Counted from the first letter of the stretch, positions 1 to 13,023 are shown. The stretch is DNA of 64,000 nucleotides from Antedon mediterranea (GCF_964355755.1 NC_092678.1:16163881-16227880), one strand, 5' to 3'. Notes: a model not told the origin generated them from the sequence alone. Numbers and translations: made by a program.

Positions 1-246
1 GATTTAGCTTTTCGCTTTTGTATCTCCATTGAAATCCAGCCACTGATACCCACAGCATTGTCATTTTTTCAGTAATTTGCCTTTGGATTTATATATATAA
101 CTTTTCTGGCTGTTTACTTTATCGTTTTGATTTAGCTTTTCGCTTTTTATTTTTGTATCTCCATTGAGATCCAGCCACTGATACCCACAGCATTGTCATT
201 TTTTGCAGTAATTTGCCTTTGGATTTATATATATATATATATATAT
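1..246. repeat. Two near-identical ~100-bp direct repeats, each ending in a (TA)n tract
   Basis: gatttagcttttcgctttt...gcctttggattt(at)n occurs at 1-98 and 129-246. Confidence 0.85.
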
Positions 247-779
247 AAATCAATGATGTTGCGTAGCACTGTGTAAATTATATATAAATCATACTGTAAA
301 TTATAGAAACAGTGCTCATATTCGGAACATGATCTCATAATCGCGTCGAGCATAGCTCATTGGCGAAAGTTCCGTATTTTTTAGTTGTATGAAAAAATGT
401 CTCTGGCTGGATTCGAACCTGCAACCTCTCGCTTACAGGGCGAGTATCATACCACTAGACCACAGAGCCATGTATGGTATTATCACAGATTTTCACCCAC
501 CAGATACATTCTCTCATACAACAAACGCCCTCACAATCAGTGGAGGCTTGACAAGTCAGAATAAATTCCAACTTTAATTCGCAACGGGTTTTTAAATAAT
601 ATTGTGTATATGTAAATCAATGATGTTGCGTAGCACTGTGTAAATTATATATAAATCATACTGTAAATTATAGAAACAGTGCTCATATTCGGAACATGAT
701 CTCATAATCGCGTCGAGCATAGCTCATTGGCGAAAGTTCCGTATTTTTAGTTGTATGAAAAAATGTCTCTGGCTGGATA
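247..779. repeat. ~367-bp unit carrying a tRNA-like sequence, followed by a truncated tandem copy
   Basis: aatcaatgatgttgcgtagc...ctctggctggat at 247-412 is repeated at 614-779, where it breaks into (TA)n. Confidence 0.85.
398..469 (-). pseudogene. tRNA-like sequence (tRNA-Pro-like backbone, TGT in the anticodon position); tRNA pseudogene or SINE head
   Basis: Minus strand GGCTCTG TGGTCTAGTGG (A box) ... CTCGC-CCTGTAA-GCGAG stem-loop ... GGTTCGAATCC (B box) CAGAGACA; mismatches in acceptor and T stems. Confidence 0.65.
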
Positions 780-833
780 TATATATATAATTTGAAACTG
801 TAACGATAAGGAAATCTGTGAGAATGAGAAAAT

Positions 834-905
834 CGCCCCAACCGAGACTCGAACTTGGACCGTCTGCTTGATATGCAGTTGCCCTAACCATTAGACCACT
901 GGGGC
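834..905 (-). pseudogene. tRNA-like sequence (ATC in the anticodon position); likely tRNA-derived repeat
   Basis: Minus strand GCCCCAG TGGTCTAATGG ... CTGC-ATATCAA-GCAG ... AGTTCGAGTC ... TTGGGGCG; acceptor stem pairs fully, other stems have mismatches. Confidence 0.6.
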
Positions 906-1197
906 TTTCATGGTATTGTTCAAACTCGATTGGATAGCGACTCTTTACAATTCTCTGCGTGGTACGGCGGAACAGCACTAGTCCTCGGTTGTAGGCCTAT
1001 ACGCACGCGCAACAGAGATCAAATTGATATGCCCTCATTGACTAAAAACTGTTGCTGTAATATTAATTTCTCATAAACACGCAAGAATTACGCGTAATTA
1101 TGGCGAATTAAGTTCAATGACCCTTAATTTTTAAAGCTGTACGTTAAAAATTGTTAAAATACAATAACTCAATATTATAACTGTTTTTTTCTTTTAG

Positions 1198-1300
1198 ACG
1201 AAATCACAAGCCTACTAATGAAATAGAGTTTACAAATGAAATGCAAATGGAAGTAAATAAAGAAGCGGTTGACGAAAATCCAACAACGCTCCTCTTGTAA
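1198..1300 (+). CDS. Possible terminal coding exon of a gene starting upstream of the window (..RNHKPTNEIEFTNEMQMEVNKEAVDENPTTLLL*)
   Basis: Strong acceptor tttttttcttttag at 1197, open frame to TAA at 1298-1300, AATAAA at ~1384 and ~1571; no homology recognised. Confidence 0.3.
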
Positions 1301-2597
1301 AACATCTAGGCCTAAATATTCCCATTACTGAGTTCATATACATGTTCGATGTCCCAAAAGTCTGTTAACTAGAAGCGCATTGCAATAAAATAACAACTTT
1401 AATCAATGATTAAGGTACTGTCAATTATGATAACTTGTAAGAGGATAATTCAAATTAACATATTCATATTATATAGAAATTTAAACAATATAGATATTAA
1501 CAAATAAGAGATTTAACGATAAAATTATGTTTTCTGTGAAATTATGATTATATTGTAATGTATTGATTTAAATAAAAACTTTTATTGTAGTGAAAAAGTA
1601 TGGTGTTCGTCCAAATCTCTCTCGCATTTTTACCATAGGGTTGGTGAAATCCGTCCACAATAGGGGCTTTTTCTGTCCATAATAGGGGCTGAGGGCGCTG
1701 TTGTTTGTCCATAATAGGGGATTTTTAAAATTGATTTATATATATATATTTATAAATTTATACCGTATTTTGTGTACCTTTTTCTGTTGCTAATAAAACA
1801 AATTGAAATTAATCTGTTGGGGAAACAGACATTTTGTGAAAATTAAGAAGAAAAAATAGGAAATCCAGATTTAGAAAGGTAATTTTGTAAAAATGTAGAG
1901 CAAGTACGAACTTTGTCGTTGAAACAAGACAATAAATAACAAAAAGAGACTGTGAAAGCAGAGAGGTATACTTCCCTGGTGGTAGGGCTACAACAAATTC
2001 TAATTCGAGCAAGGAATGAATAACTTGTCCCCATTTTAAGGTATCGAAAGGCAGATTGCGTAAAAATGATGAATTTTAACATGACCACTTTTTAATTCAA
2101 GACAATACTTCTAGCACAAACGGGGTACTTTAAATACGGTATAAAATACATACTGTATGATTTTATACCTTATTTTGAGGATATGTGTACGAGTGCAGAA
2201 ATATAAATACCGCCCTCTAGACATGTAATTGGATTAGCTTATTTTTAGCCAGTACCATTGAACTGAACACTTTTGATTTGTAATACCGTGTATCAACACG
2301 ACACGCTGCTTGTACCATAGGCCTACGTTCTACATTGATAACAAATCAGTTATAGGCCTACTGAACGAATATTTCATGGAGACAAATATACTACGTGTTG
2401 CTACAGTAAATTGGGATGTCTAGGCCTAGATTGTGATTTTTCAGAAGTAATGTCAAATATTAATTAATCTTGTCACTGTAGCGAGGAGTCTTCATTTTAG
2501 CAGTCGATGTGAGGTTGATAACTTTGTGTTTGTTTCAAGCTGTTAGACTCCAATGATTCAGTAAAGTAACGGTTTGTTGATTTATTGTTGCTTTGCT

Positions 2598-3420
2598 TCA
2601 TCACCATCATCGTCATCATCATTACATCATCATCATTATCATCATCATCATCATCATCATCATTATTATTATCATTATCAACATCATAATCATCATCATC
2701 ATTACCATCATCATCATCATCATCATCATTACCATCATCATTATCATCATCATCATCATCATCATCATCATTACCATCATCATTATCATCATCATTACCA
2801 TCATTATCATCATCATTATCATCATCATTACCATCAACATCATTACCATCATCATTACCATCATCATCATCATTATCATCATAATCATCATCATCATCAT
2901 CATTATCATCATCATTATCATCATCATCATCATCATCATCATTATCATCAACATTACCATCATCATTACCATCATCATTACCATCATCATTATCATCATC
3001 ATTACCATCAACATCATTACCATCATCATTACCATCATCATCATCATTATCATCATAATCATCATCATCATCATCATTATCATCATCATTATCATCATCA
3101 TCATCATCATCATTATCATCAACATTACCATCATCATTACCATCATCATTACCATCATCATTACCATCATTATCATCATCATCATCATCATCATTATCAT
3201 CATTATCATCATCATTATCATCATCATCATCATCATTATCATCATAATCATAATCATCATCATCAATAACAAGAACATCATCATCATTATCATCATTACC
3301 ATCATCATCACCATCATCATCATTACCATCATCATCACCATCATCATCAGCATCATCATCATTTTTACCACCATCATCACCATTATTATTACCACCATCA
3401 TCATCATCATCATCATTCAT
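2598..3420. repeat. (CAT)n/(ATG)n imperfect microsatellite, ~820 bp
   Basis: Continuous CAT/TAT/TAC triplets; produces homopolymer ORFs in several frames. Confidence 0.98.
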
Positions 3421-4070
3421 TCTTTCATTTATTCACTCAACATCAGTGAAAAATCACTTCCATTTATTTTCATTTGCATATACAATATACATAATCATCA
3501 TCATAATCACAACAACTTGATTTTATATTGTTCTATTTGATTATAGGACTATACGCCTTTATGTTTATGTTATTAAAAAAAATCTGATTTAAGTAAAATA
3601 ATAGAACATTTTCCATAAAAAAGAGGAAAAAATAAATAAGCAGCATCGTTTAGGATGTGTTAATAAGTGACATTACATAGGCCAACGCAGCTGCTCATCT
3701 GCATACAGTTATTTCATATTCTCCAAATGTAGGTTACCAATATTTGAATTATGTATGTACATATTTTAGATTTATTCATGTATTTTTTTTAAATCATTGA
3801 ATTATTTTAGAAACAACTGATATGAAATTCTAATTTTGTTCAAAAGAATTCAGATAAAAAATAATAATTTGCACTTTGCCTCATTTTATATGCGACGGGA
3901 ATATGATAACATTGTGTGATTATAAGTAATGAGTAACAGTGTTTATTGTATGATGCTGGATTCATGTTTTTTAATTAAAGTGATGTTCTTGACATCAAAA
4001 TACCTGACGGTCATCACGAACTTGAAACCATGAATTCTACAATATCAAATTTTTTTTAATGACGCATTTT

Positions 4071-4567
4071 GTTTATGACATCACGGCAGACAATTCACTA
4101 CGTATGATGACATCATATTATATTCGCACCCGCGCGTATTTCTTCTTCCTTCAAGTGTTTATGACATCACGACAGACAACCCACTGCGTATGATGACATC
4201 ATATTATATTCGCACCCCCGCGTATTTCTTCTTCCTTCAAGTGTTTATGACATCGCGACAGACAACCCACTGCGTATGATGACATCATATTATATTCGCA
4301 CCCGCGCGTATTTCTTCTTCCTTCAAGTGTTTATGACATCACGACAGACAACCCACTGCGTATGATGACATCATATTATATTCGCACCCGCGCGTATTTC
4401 TTCTTCCTTCAAGTGTTTATGACATCACGACAGACAACCCACTGCGTATGATGACATCATATTATATTCGCACCCGCGCGTATTTCTTCTTCCTTCAAGT
4501 GTTTATGACATCACGACAGACAACCCACTGCGTATGATGACATCATATTATATTCGCACCCCGCGTA
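4071..4567. repeat. 86-bp tandem repeat, ~5.8 copies
   Basis: Units start gtttatgacatc at 4071, 4157, 4243, 4329, 4415, 4501 and are nearly identical. Confidence 0.95.
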
Positions 4568-5267
4568 TATATTGATTTCACTGTCTATAGCCGAAGTCGT
4601 AAAATAACACTCGTTTACGGCCTAGCTAGCCTACGCTGAATGTCTATTGTCGTACATAAGCCGTGTATATTTATATTAGTTTCTTTATTAAAAGTCTCAC
4701 ATTTTCAGATTCCATGGTCGTTATGAGTTTAATTTTGTAGTACACTTGCGCTAAGTTAATGAAACATTTATTATGAGTTTTGAATTATGATCAATCTTTA
4801 TAATTTCATAAAATCGAGCGTAATTTTGGCTGCGGTTCTGACATCTTAATAAAGCATGTTGTACGTCAATTGTATACATGTCCATTAATCTGCTGAGCAA
4901 GTTCAAACGCCCATTCGTATGCACACTGTATGAGTTTATTTTGATTTAATATTTTTATTTTTGATTCTTAAAAAATACGTCATTCGTTATTCAACAGATG
5001 AATTTGCAGTTATAAAGAAAATGCAAATTCGCCTTTTCCGTATCACGTGCGGTACATACGTGATTAGTCGCCGTAACATCTCCATTATTACGTTGCACAT
5101 ATTGGCTATAGGGCGCAACGTAAGAAAGTAAGCGCGGCGAAAGTAATTTGACTAACGCGACAGAGCATTTAATCTATCGCATCTGATTGGTCAGTTCACT
5201 TGCGTTGCGCTTACGTCCTTGCGTTGCGTCAAAATAAGAACCAAATGTACAGATTGTTTCCCACTAA

Positions 5268-5446
5268 AGCGTGGTTCCCAATAGCCACGCAACGCAAGGA
5301 CGTAACGCAACGCAAGTGGATTGACCAATCACAAGCGATGGCTTATTCGCTTCTGATTGCTAACTGTCTATGACTTCGCGTGTCATTGGTTAAAACGCTT
5401 GCGTTGCGTTTACGTCCTTGCGTTACGTTCTAGTGGGAACCAAGCT
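5268..5446. mobile_element. MITE family A (AGCTTGGTTCCCACTAG termini; PIF/Harbinger-like), nested in a degenerate copy of the same family
   Basis: Palindromic arms, TAA on both flanks (5265-67, 5447-49); flanks rejoin as tttcccac-TAA-gggcgcaac. Confidence 0.85.
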
Positions 5447-6163
5447 TAAGGGCGCAACACAATGACGTAAGCGTAACGCGAGTAATTTGACCAATCAAGA
5501 CGCCATGCCTACCTATAAAATGTCATGCAATTCTTTCAATCCAACCAACCATACCCAATCGATAATTGTCCATTGCAATTTAGGTTCGACATTAAAACGT
5601 TTTACACTTGTAGGTCTTAATTAACAGCTTATGAAAAATGAAATTATCAGAAGTCCTTGACTGATCGGCACAATCTAGCTGCTTAATGCTGAAGACACTA
5701 TACCTACTGCTAGTTGCCAATATTATGGAAATGCTGAATGAATTATGTATGAACGATTAATAATGCTATTAAACGCATCTCATCACTAGACCTACTTCCC
5801 AGTATTAATCAACATATTAATCTGGTAGATATTGCAATAGGCCTACCGATATTTTACACATTTTTCGTCTCGCTGATTTTTGTTTTGTTTTGTACCTGTA
5901 ACATGTAAAGCGGAGTTTGCTATAGAAAGTAAGTCAACAAATATATTAATGTTATAATATAAATATATAAATTACCATGGAGCGAGCGAGTATAGAACAC
6001 TTGCTAACTATCATCTGCGTAGCACGTGACGGAATATATTTGTGTTCAATCTCTTCCCATCTCTCTCCACAACGTAGCAATATATCTAGAGTTTATGTAG
6101 TAATACTTCCAACAAGGTATAACGTAACACTGTGTTTTATTTCATTTCAGATTGTTTTTTAAG

Positions 6164-7933
6164 ATGTTGAAAGTTGAAAGGACATCATCGTGGCATATAT
6201 TCCTTCTGTGTATCTTTGCTATTTTTATTTTAAGCACAGTTCATGTGTCAGATACGATGATGTTGGCGTCGTGTCCACCGTCCTGTGAATGCGACGCTTC
6301 TCAACGATACATCTCGTGCGTTGAATACGTTAATGATACATTGATGTTTTTATTTCCGAATGATACTCGGAAACTCGATATACGATATCAGAATTGGACT
6401 GTTTTCAACGCGAAAAGGATTTCTCATCTCACACACCTTCGAAAACTACAGTTAGCGTCATGTTCCATCGAAGAAATTGAAAACGATTTCTCAACATTAC
6501 AAAAGCTAAAACGATTGGATATGAAAGAGAATCTACTTTCGGATTCAGTTTTTAACACTATTGGTCGGATGAGACAGTTAAAAGAACTTATTTTAGACAA
6601 AAATCAACTAAGATTAGGGGAGAATATCACGTTCAACAATTTGGAACAAATTGAGTATCTGAGTTTATCTTGGAATCTGATTGAAGTTATTCCTTCGTTC
6701 GAAGGTCTTGCAGAAGTTCAAAAGCTGTTTTTATCAAACAACTTGATTCACACCATAAACAGCAGTGCGTTTGTTAATCTTCATAAACTGGAAGAGCTTT
6801 ACTTGGACGCTAACCTCATTACTCAAATAGAACCCGGATGGAGCAACAATCTACAGTTTCTCCGTCATTTAGACTTATCAGAAAATTTTCTTTCTGAAAG
6901 TTTTCGCCAACAACATATTATCGGACTTACACAGAACACTTGGATTGAGGTATTATCTCTTTCAAATAATTCCTTACTTCAAATTCCGTGTAAAGATATT
7001 GTGAAAAATACACATTTAATTCATTTAGATCTGTCATACAATTCAATAACTACCATTGAAAACAATTGTTTAAACCATCTGAAATACTTAAAAGTTCTAG
7101 ACTTGAAAAGTAACAAAATAAAAACAATCGACGAGTTTGCTCTACAAACAATGTCGAGGTTGGATACCGTAATATTAGATAACAACTCAATTCGAACGTT
7201 GCCGCCGTATTGGTTACGTGGCACAAGCGTCAGTCACGTGAATCTCAACTCAAACGAACTCGTATCATTATCAAATGAATCTTTCTGTGGTCTTGAGAAT
7301 CTAGTTATTGTTCATCTATTAAAAAACAGTATTTCATCCATTTCAACAGGAGCATTTTGCGGTACCAGTCTAGAAACGCTGGTACTTGAATATAACAATT
7401 TACAGGTAATCAACGCGTCACAGTTCGAGTGCGTATCGACGTTAAAGGAGTTGTTTTTAAGTAACAACTACATACAGGAGGTTAATCCAGCAGCATTTGA
7501 TGGCATTTGTCTAAAAACTCTTCATCTTCATTCAAATTTTCTGGAAAGTATCACAGAAAACTTGGTAGTTAGAGATAGTTACGAAGTATTGACGCTGGAA
7601 AATAACCCGTGGCGTTGTGACTGTCACATTGAGTGGATGAAAGATTACTATTACAGTAATAGTAATATTACTAATGTAAATATTATAGAGGTTCTTGATA
7701 GACAGATTGTCTGCTTGTCGCCTAATACGTTAATTGATTTCACATTGTTTGCCTTAAAAGATGTTGATCTCATCTGTTCAACGTTTCCATCACCTTTGAC
7801 TATAAAGTTAATTTTAGCTATCTCAATTTCTATTATTGGTTTCGTGGTTTCGTTGAACATAATGAAATTATATTGTCGCTTTCGAGAGTTGCAAAAGTAT
7901 GAGGGAAGTAACGAAAAAACAGTTGCCTTGTAA
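6164..7933 (+). CDS. Single-coding-exon type I membrane leucine-rich-repeat protein (signal peptide, LRRNT, many LRRs, LRRCT, TM, ~20-aa tail, no TIR), 589 aa
   Basis: Acceptor ttcatttcag at 6150, ATG at 6164; hydrophobic N-terminus; CPPSCEC..C cap; repeated LxxLxLxxN; NPWRCDC...C...C; TM LILAISISIIGFVVSLNIM. Confidence 0.93.
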   Translation: MLKVERTSSWHIFLLCIFAIFILSTVHVSDTMMLASCPPSCECDASQRYISCVEYVNDTLMFLFPNDTRKLDIRYQNWTVFNAKRISHLTHLRKLQLASCSIEEIENDFSTLQKLKRLDMKENLLSDSVFNTIGRMRQLKELILDKNQLRLGENITFNNLEQIEYLSLSWNLIEVIPSFEGLAEVQKLFLSNNLIHTINSSAFVNLHKLEELYLDANLITQIEPGWSNNLQFLRHLDLSENFLSESFRQQHIIGLTQNTWIEVLSLSNNSLLQIPCKDIVKNTHLIHLDLSYNSITTIENNCLNHLKYLKVLDLKSNKIKTIDEFALQTMSRLDTVILDNNSIRTLPPYWLRGTSVSHVNLNSNELVSLSNESFCGLENLVIVHLLKNSISSISTGAFCGTSLETLVLEYNNLQVINASQFECVSTLKELFLSNNYIQEVNPAAFDGICLKTLHLHSNFLESITENLVVRDSYEVLTLENNPWRCDCHIEWMKDYYYSNSNITNVNIIEVLDRQIVCLSPNTLIDFTLFALKDVDLICSTFPSPLTIKLILAISISIIGFVVSLNIMKLYCRFRELQKYEGSNEKTVAL

Positions 7934-7966
7934 AAAGAGTGTAATAACAGGATCATTATAATTCAG

Positions 7967-8612
7967 GTTTAAATACTTAAAGGGTGGCTCCGGATTTGGA
8001 AATACTTAAGGGCAGCTTCAGGATTGAAATACTTAAAGGGGAGCTCCGGGGTTGAATGCTTAAAAGGTAGCTCCGGGTTTGAAATACATAAAGGGTGGCT
8101 CCGGGTTTGGAAATACTTAAAGGGCAGCTCTGAGTTTTAAATACCTAAAGGGCAGTTCGGGGTTTTAAATACTTAAAGGACAGCGTTGGGTTTTAAATAC
8201 TTAAAGGGCAGCTCCGAGTTTTAAATATTTAAAGTGTAGCGGGTTTTAAATACTTAAAAGGCAGCTCTGGGTTTGAAATGCTTAAAGAGCAGCTCTGAGT
8301 TTTAAATACTTAAAGGGCAGTTCTGGGTTTTAAATACTTAAAGGGCGGCGTTGGGTTTTAAATACTTAAAGGGCAGCGTTGGGTTTTAAATACTTAAAGG
8401 GCAGCTCCAGATTTTAAATGCTTAAAGGGCAGCTCCGGGTTTTAATACCTAAAGGGTATAGCTCCGAGTTTTAAATATTTAAAGGGCAGCTATGGGTTTA
8501 AAATGCTTACAGGGCAGCTCCGGGTTTTAAATATTTAAAGGGAAGCTCAAGGTTTTAAATATTTAAAGGGAAAGTCAAGGTTTTAAATGCTTAAAGGGAA
8601 GCTCCGGGTTTG
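7967..8612. repeat. ~29-bp degenerate minisatellite (gggttttaaatacttaaagggcagctcc)
   Basis: About 20 diverged tandem copies directly after the LRR stop codon. Confidence 0.9.
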
Positions 8613-8704
8613 AATTAATTAAATTAAATTAATTAATTACCAGTTCGAATAATTAAAAAGCAACTCTTGGTTTGATATAATTAAATGTTAACTACAAGTT
8701 TTAA

Positions 8705-8832
8705 TTAAAGGGCTGAGGTTAAAGGGCTGAGGTTAAAGGGCTGAGGTTAAAGGGCTCAGGTTAAAGGGCTGAGGTTAAAGGGCTCAGGTTAAAGGGCTGA
8801 GGTTAAAGGGCTCAGGTTAAAGGGCTCAGGTT
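8705..8832. repeat. 14-bp tandem repeat (taaagggct[g/c]aggt)
   Basis: About 9 near-perfect copies; shares the aaagggc core with the 29-bp repeat. Confidence 0.92.
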
Positions 8833-9349
8833 TAATATATATAAATAATTACGACCACATTGGAAATGTCCATTCTTCCTATTTTCTCACCTTTAAACAT
8901 AGAGTAATATTTCTAGAATGTATATTAGTTACATGGTTCTTGTCAAAATTGAGTTTCTTGACCCTTGACATTGTATGCAAAGCTATATTATTGTACTGTA
9001 TATGTTATTTCTATTTTATACATTGAGAACTTTCATAGAGTTTAAAGTATGAGTCCCTCGAGATTATTATTCTAGTTAGTCGTCTTTCACTCTACACTCT
9101 AGTTATGTGTGGTGCACGATAAAATAGTCGATTTTCGGTACAGTATTGAAGTTGTACCAGTATCATAGTCAAATTCGGTGTTACAGCATCGCATGTGAAA
9201 CGCATGAAACACATGTAAAGACTGTAACATAAACAAATCCTGAATTTAGCCTGTTATGATACACAAGCTATATATTTATATACAATTAATTTGTCTATAC
9301 CTGGACATGTTATATGTGCCAATACAGCCCTGAGAATTGGGTGTAAAAT

Positions 9350-9719
9350 TGCCCATTTCCACTAATTACGATAACGAAATATATAAGCATGCATTTTTTT
9401 TACATAAAACAAACGACATTAGAAAGAATTTTGTTCTAGAACTATATGAAAAAAATTGATGCTGTCTTTGATAAAATTAATATTTTAAAAATTCAAATGA
9501 CGTCATGATAAATACAAACAATAATATCGATATTATTGCTCTTACTAATCATGACGTCATTTGATTTGACGTTTGAAAATATCATTTTCATCAAAGGAAG
9601 CATAGATGGTTATTCTATAGTTCTAGAATGAAAAGTTTTTATATTTCTTTTGTTTTGTGTATGAAAAATGCATATTTGATTATATCGTCGACCGTTATCG
9701 TCTTAGTGTAAATGAGCCT
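9350..9719. mobile_element. Degenerate foldback MITE
   Basis: Imperfect inverted arms cccatttccactaa..cgataacg / cgttatcg..ttagtgtaaatgag; tcaaatgacgtcatgat / atcatgacgtcatttga near the centre. Confidence 0.7.
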
Positions 9720-10466
9720 TTATAAAGAGCCAGGTACACTAATAATTACTAGTATAAAGGATCCTTTTGCGCACTTTCTATCTGGTCCTAAGTGACTGAC
9801 TTCAAAGGCAAAATATTGAGCAATTCGGATACATTTTAATCCTTTAAAATAACGACTATTGACAATAACGTTGATGTTGTTCTGTCTTTTTAAACCTAAT
9901 TTCGACAGAGGTCCACAGCGCAGAGAAACATGTATACTTAATGATAGATTTATACTAGTAGGTCAACACATCGCTCCATTACGCAATACAATCTGCATAT
10001 ATGTATGAACGTATGCATACAATGTATTCCATAACTTTTAATATTCAATTTATCTACAGTAATAATCAATATTTACATTTAGTGACGTATACTTTTCAAT
10101 TAATTGGATCAAATTATATTCTTGTATTAAATGGTAGCTCCGCGTTTAATATTTAAAATGGAAAAAGTATTGCTACGGTAATTTAAAATAGTATTTTCAT
10201 GTAGAATATAGCATTTTTCTCTCAGATATATAATACTGTATCATCAAATTTACATAATGAAAGTTGAATAGTAGTATTACGAAAACGTCATGTAACTGTA
10301 TTTCACACGACGCTTGTTTTTCTTTACAGTGGCTGTTGGAAAAAATAATTGTGATTGCAAAGGTTTATAAATTATTTTATAAATAGTAAACTTTTAAACA
10401 TGGAGCTACAAACACACATCAATCTTTGGTCACAAGACTTCAGTTGCACACGTGTTAGACATTTAA

Positions 10467-10798
10467 AGATGTATCGTCCCTCAAAAACATAAAAAATGAA
10501 AATAAATTTTAATCAGACTGTGAGTATGTTATTTTGTAGTTTTAATAAAGTTGATCACTTCTGTAGAAAAAAAACAAAACTAAAAAAAATTGTTTTCACT
10601 TATAACATGACCAAAAAAATGGTTAAATTCAATCAACCAATTTGACTATTTTTTGCTTTAAATTACAGTTTTTCAGGTAAATAATTTTTTTTTTTTGACC
10701 CAATCTTTGGTCAAAGTGGATAACTATTATGTGACATTAAAATGGCATATTCAACAAAGAAAATTCAATAATTATTTTTTTCAGGGGACAATACATCT
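10467..10798. mobile_element. TTAA-target MITE (Kolobok/piggyBac-like)
   Basis: TTAA|AGATGTATCGTCCC ... GGGACAATACATCT|TTAA; a similar end fragment occurs near 56140-56165. Confidence 0.75.
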
Positions 10799-12383
10799 TT
10801 AAGGGTAGTTTTAGTCGCTTTTAATGATAAAAATACTTGATTATGGGAACAGTTAGTTACTAGGGTTTATTTTTATCAGGAATTCTCAAATTTTCTCCTC
10901 GAAGTGGAGTAGGAATATTGTCCTGTAATCAGTGACCTTTAGTTTGGGATGTGTGTATTTTTATTCTACCAACACAATTCATGTTTTTTTAAATTTTAAA
11001 TAATAAAGAATATTTCGCTTTGATTTGATAGTTTGGTTTTTGAATTGTTACTAAATAAATCAGTGTAACTCTATCCGTTAATTGACCACTAATCGGATCT
11101 GAGAATGTAAACGATACGAATTACATTAATTATGTTTTCCGTACGGAGATGTAATATCGTGTAATTGTTTTACCGATAAATGGACAGTTGTCGGGCATCC
11201 CCACATTGTTTTGCAAGTCGATTCCTTCATTCAACGTATATTTATTCATCAAATAAAGTGTATAAAATGTATACACCACTTTTATTCAATTTCATTCAAT
11301 AATATCATGCACTAAAATGCAATACAAATACATGCACAATGACATTTCTTTCTTTTATTTCGTAAATGTACGGCCTCTGTACAATTTTACAAATCATTAA
11401 TTACATAATTCATTCTTTTATTTCAGCTTTTAAATGCACAGAAAAAATACATGTTAATATCAATCTACAGTTTATATTCCTTCCGTAATCACTTTTTCTT
11501 TCAACAAATTACATATACGAACCTAGATAACCTAAATATATTTACTATGTAAAAATTGCATCTCGAACACTTACAGCTAATATTAATCTACGTTCTTGAA
11601 GGCGATTCGGCTTAATATTTGTTTAAAAAAAATAATTTGGCACACACGGCGTGTCATACGTATAGTGATCAATAATAGTTAAAAACAAAAATATTAAAAT
11701 GATATAAAAGAGGGCAACTCTACCTATTATAATAAAATGGTAGCGTATACGTTTTATTTACGTGCAACATGAAGCAACGGACAATAATAACTAGGTAGCT
11801 AGCTGTGTATTTGTTTTTAGTAATCTGTCATTCAACATCTGTGAGACTGAATCATCAACCTATTGTAGGCCTATATTATTTGGCATTCCTAATTTATCTC
11901 AATCGAATTTATCATTATCGTTTACGATAAAATGAAGACACGCAGACAAATATTTAAGATTTTAAAAATTGCTAGCTCAAATTCTAATAACTCATCTATA
12001 CGACATGTTTAAAGTCATACACATAAAAGTGATAACGTCTTATTAAAATCTCATCACATCAACTGATGTGTAACCGATTTGACAAGTAGGCCACAACTCA
12101 CGATCAATCAAATAAATTGCATCCGAATGAGGCCCGCTATACCGGACTCAAATGTCATATATTTCTAATAAAGTTATAGTACTACGGGGGCCTAGAATGA
12201 AAGATATGACAAATTGTGACATAAACCGGTTAAATAATGAGACATTTCGAAACAGTCAAATTACTGGTTTTTTTAAATAAATAATGCATGAACTTTGTTA
12301 GAATTCAGTCGAAGATAATCTATGTTTTTTGTTTGTGAGCGGTTTATGCACGGGTATAATAGGATCCAGGATGTACTTATCAC

Positions 12384-12814
12384 AGGACAACTTGACCGAG
12401 GACCATATTTTAACAACGTATTAGGGATGTACATAACGATTTCAGAACCATCGCGAGATTAAGCAAACGCTCGCCGTACAGCCGTCGCCATAAATTGCTG
12501 TGACGTCACAGGTAAATCGCAAAATTTACGTCATGGGTTTTCTGGCAAAGTCTGACAAATCGAAAATTTCTAGTAAACATACTTTGTAAATAAATCGTAA
12601 ACAAATATAAATGTTTATTTTTTTTTATTGTTTCTTTTGCTTATCTGGACTCATTAAGTAGATTTTACGATGCACCTGTGACGTCACAGCAATTTACGGC
12701 GACGGCTGTACGGCGAGCGCGTGCGGCGATATCCTTCATCTCGCGATGGTTCTGAAATCATATATGTACATCCCTAATACGTTGTAAAAATATGGTCCTC
12801 GGTCAAGTTGTCCT
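12384..12814. mobile_element. Long-TIR foldback MITE (AGGACAACTTGACCGAGGACC termini)
   Basis: ~125-bp inverted arms, right end followed by TTAA; second copy at 61515-61834. Confidence 0.85.
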
Positions 12815-13023
12815 TTAATCATTTGTTGGATGTAGGCCTACGGTAACTCAGATAGGATTCGCATCACCTTAAGTGTGAATGAACGATGTTATGCGTGTAA
12901 ACACATATTACAAGTAAGATATGTCTAAAAACAAATATACAATAAGTTATAAATAGACAATTTGTCGTCAATTCAGCTGTCCCTCTCTGATATGTTTATA
13001 TTGGAACTCAATGACGTCAGCAT

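Noticed and set aside
398-905. Functional tRNA-Thr and tRNA-Asp genes
   Set aside because: Stem mismatches, backbone/anticodon discordance or atypical anticodon, and location within repeats
2497-3540. Poly-D/N, poly-H, poly-I and poly-M ORFs
   Set aside because: All are frames of a (CAT)n microsatellite with no non-repetitive coding context; a real acidic biomineral-type exon cannot be fully excluded but is unsupported
4071-4567. 86-bp array as a CRISPR array
   Set aside because: No variable spacers, eukaryotic context, no cas genes
6152-6163. ORF-track TTG start for the LRR protein
   Set aside because: Eukaryotic gene; acceptor at 6150 and first ATG at 6164
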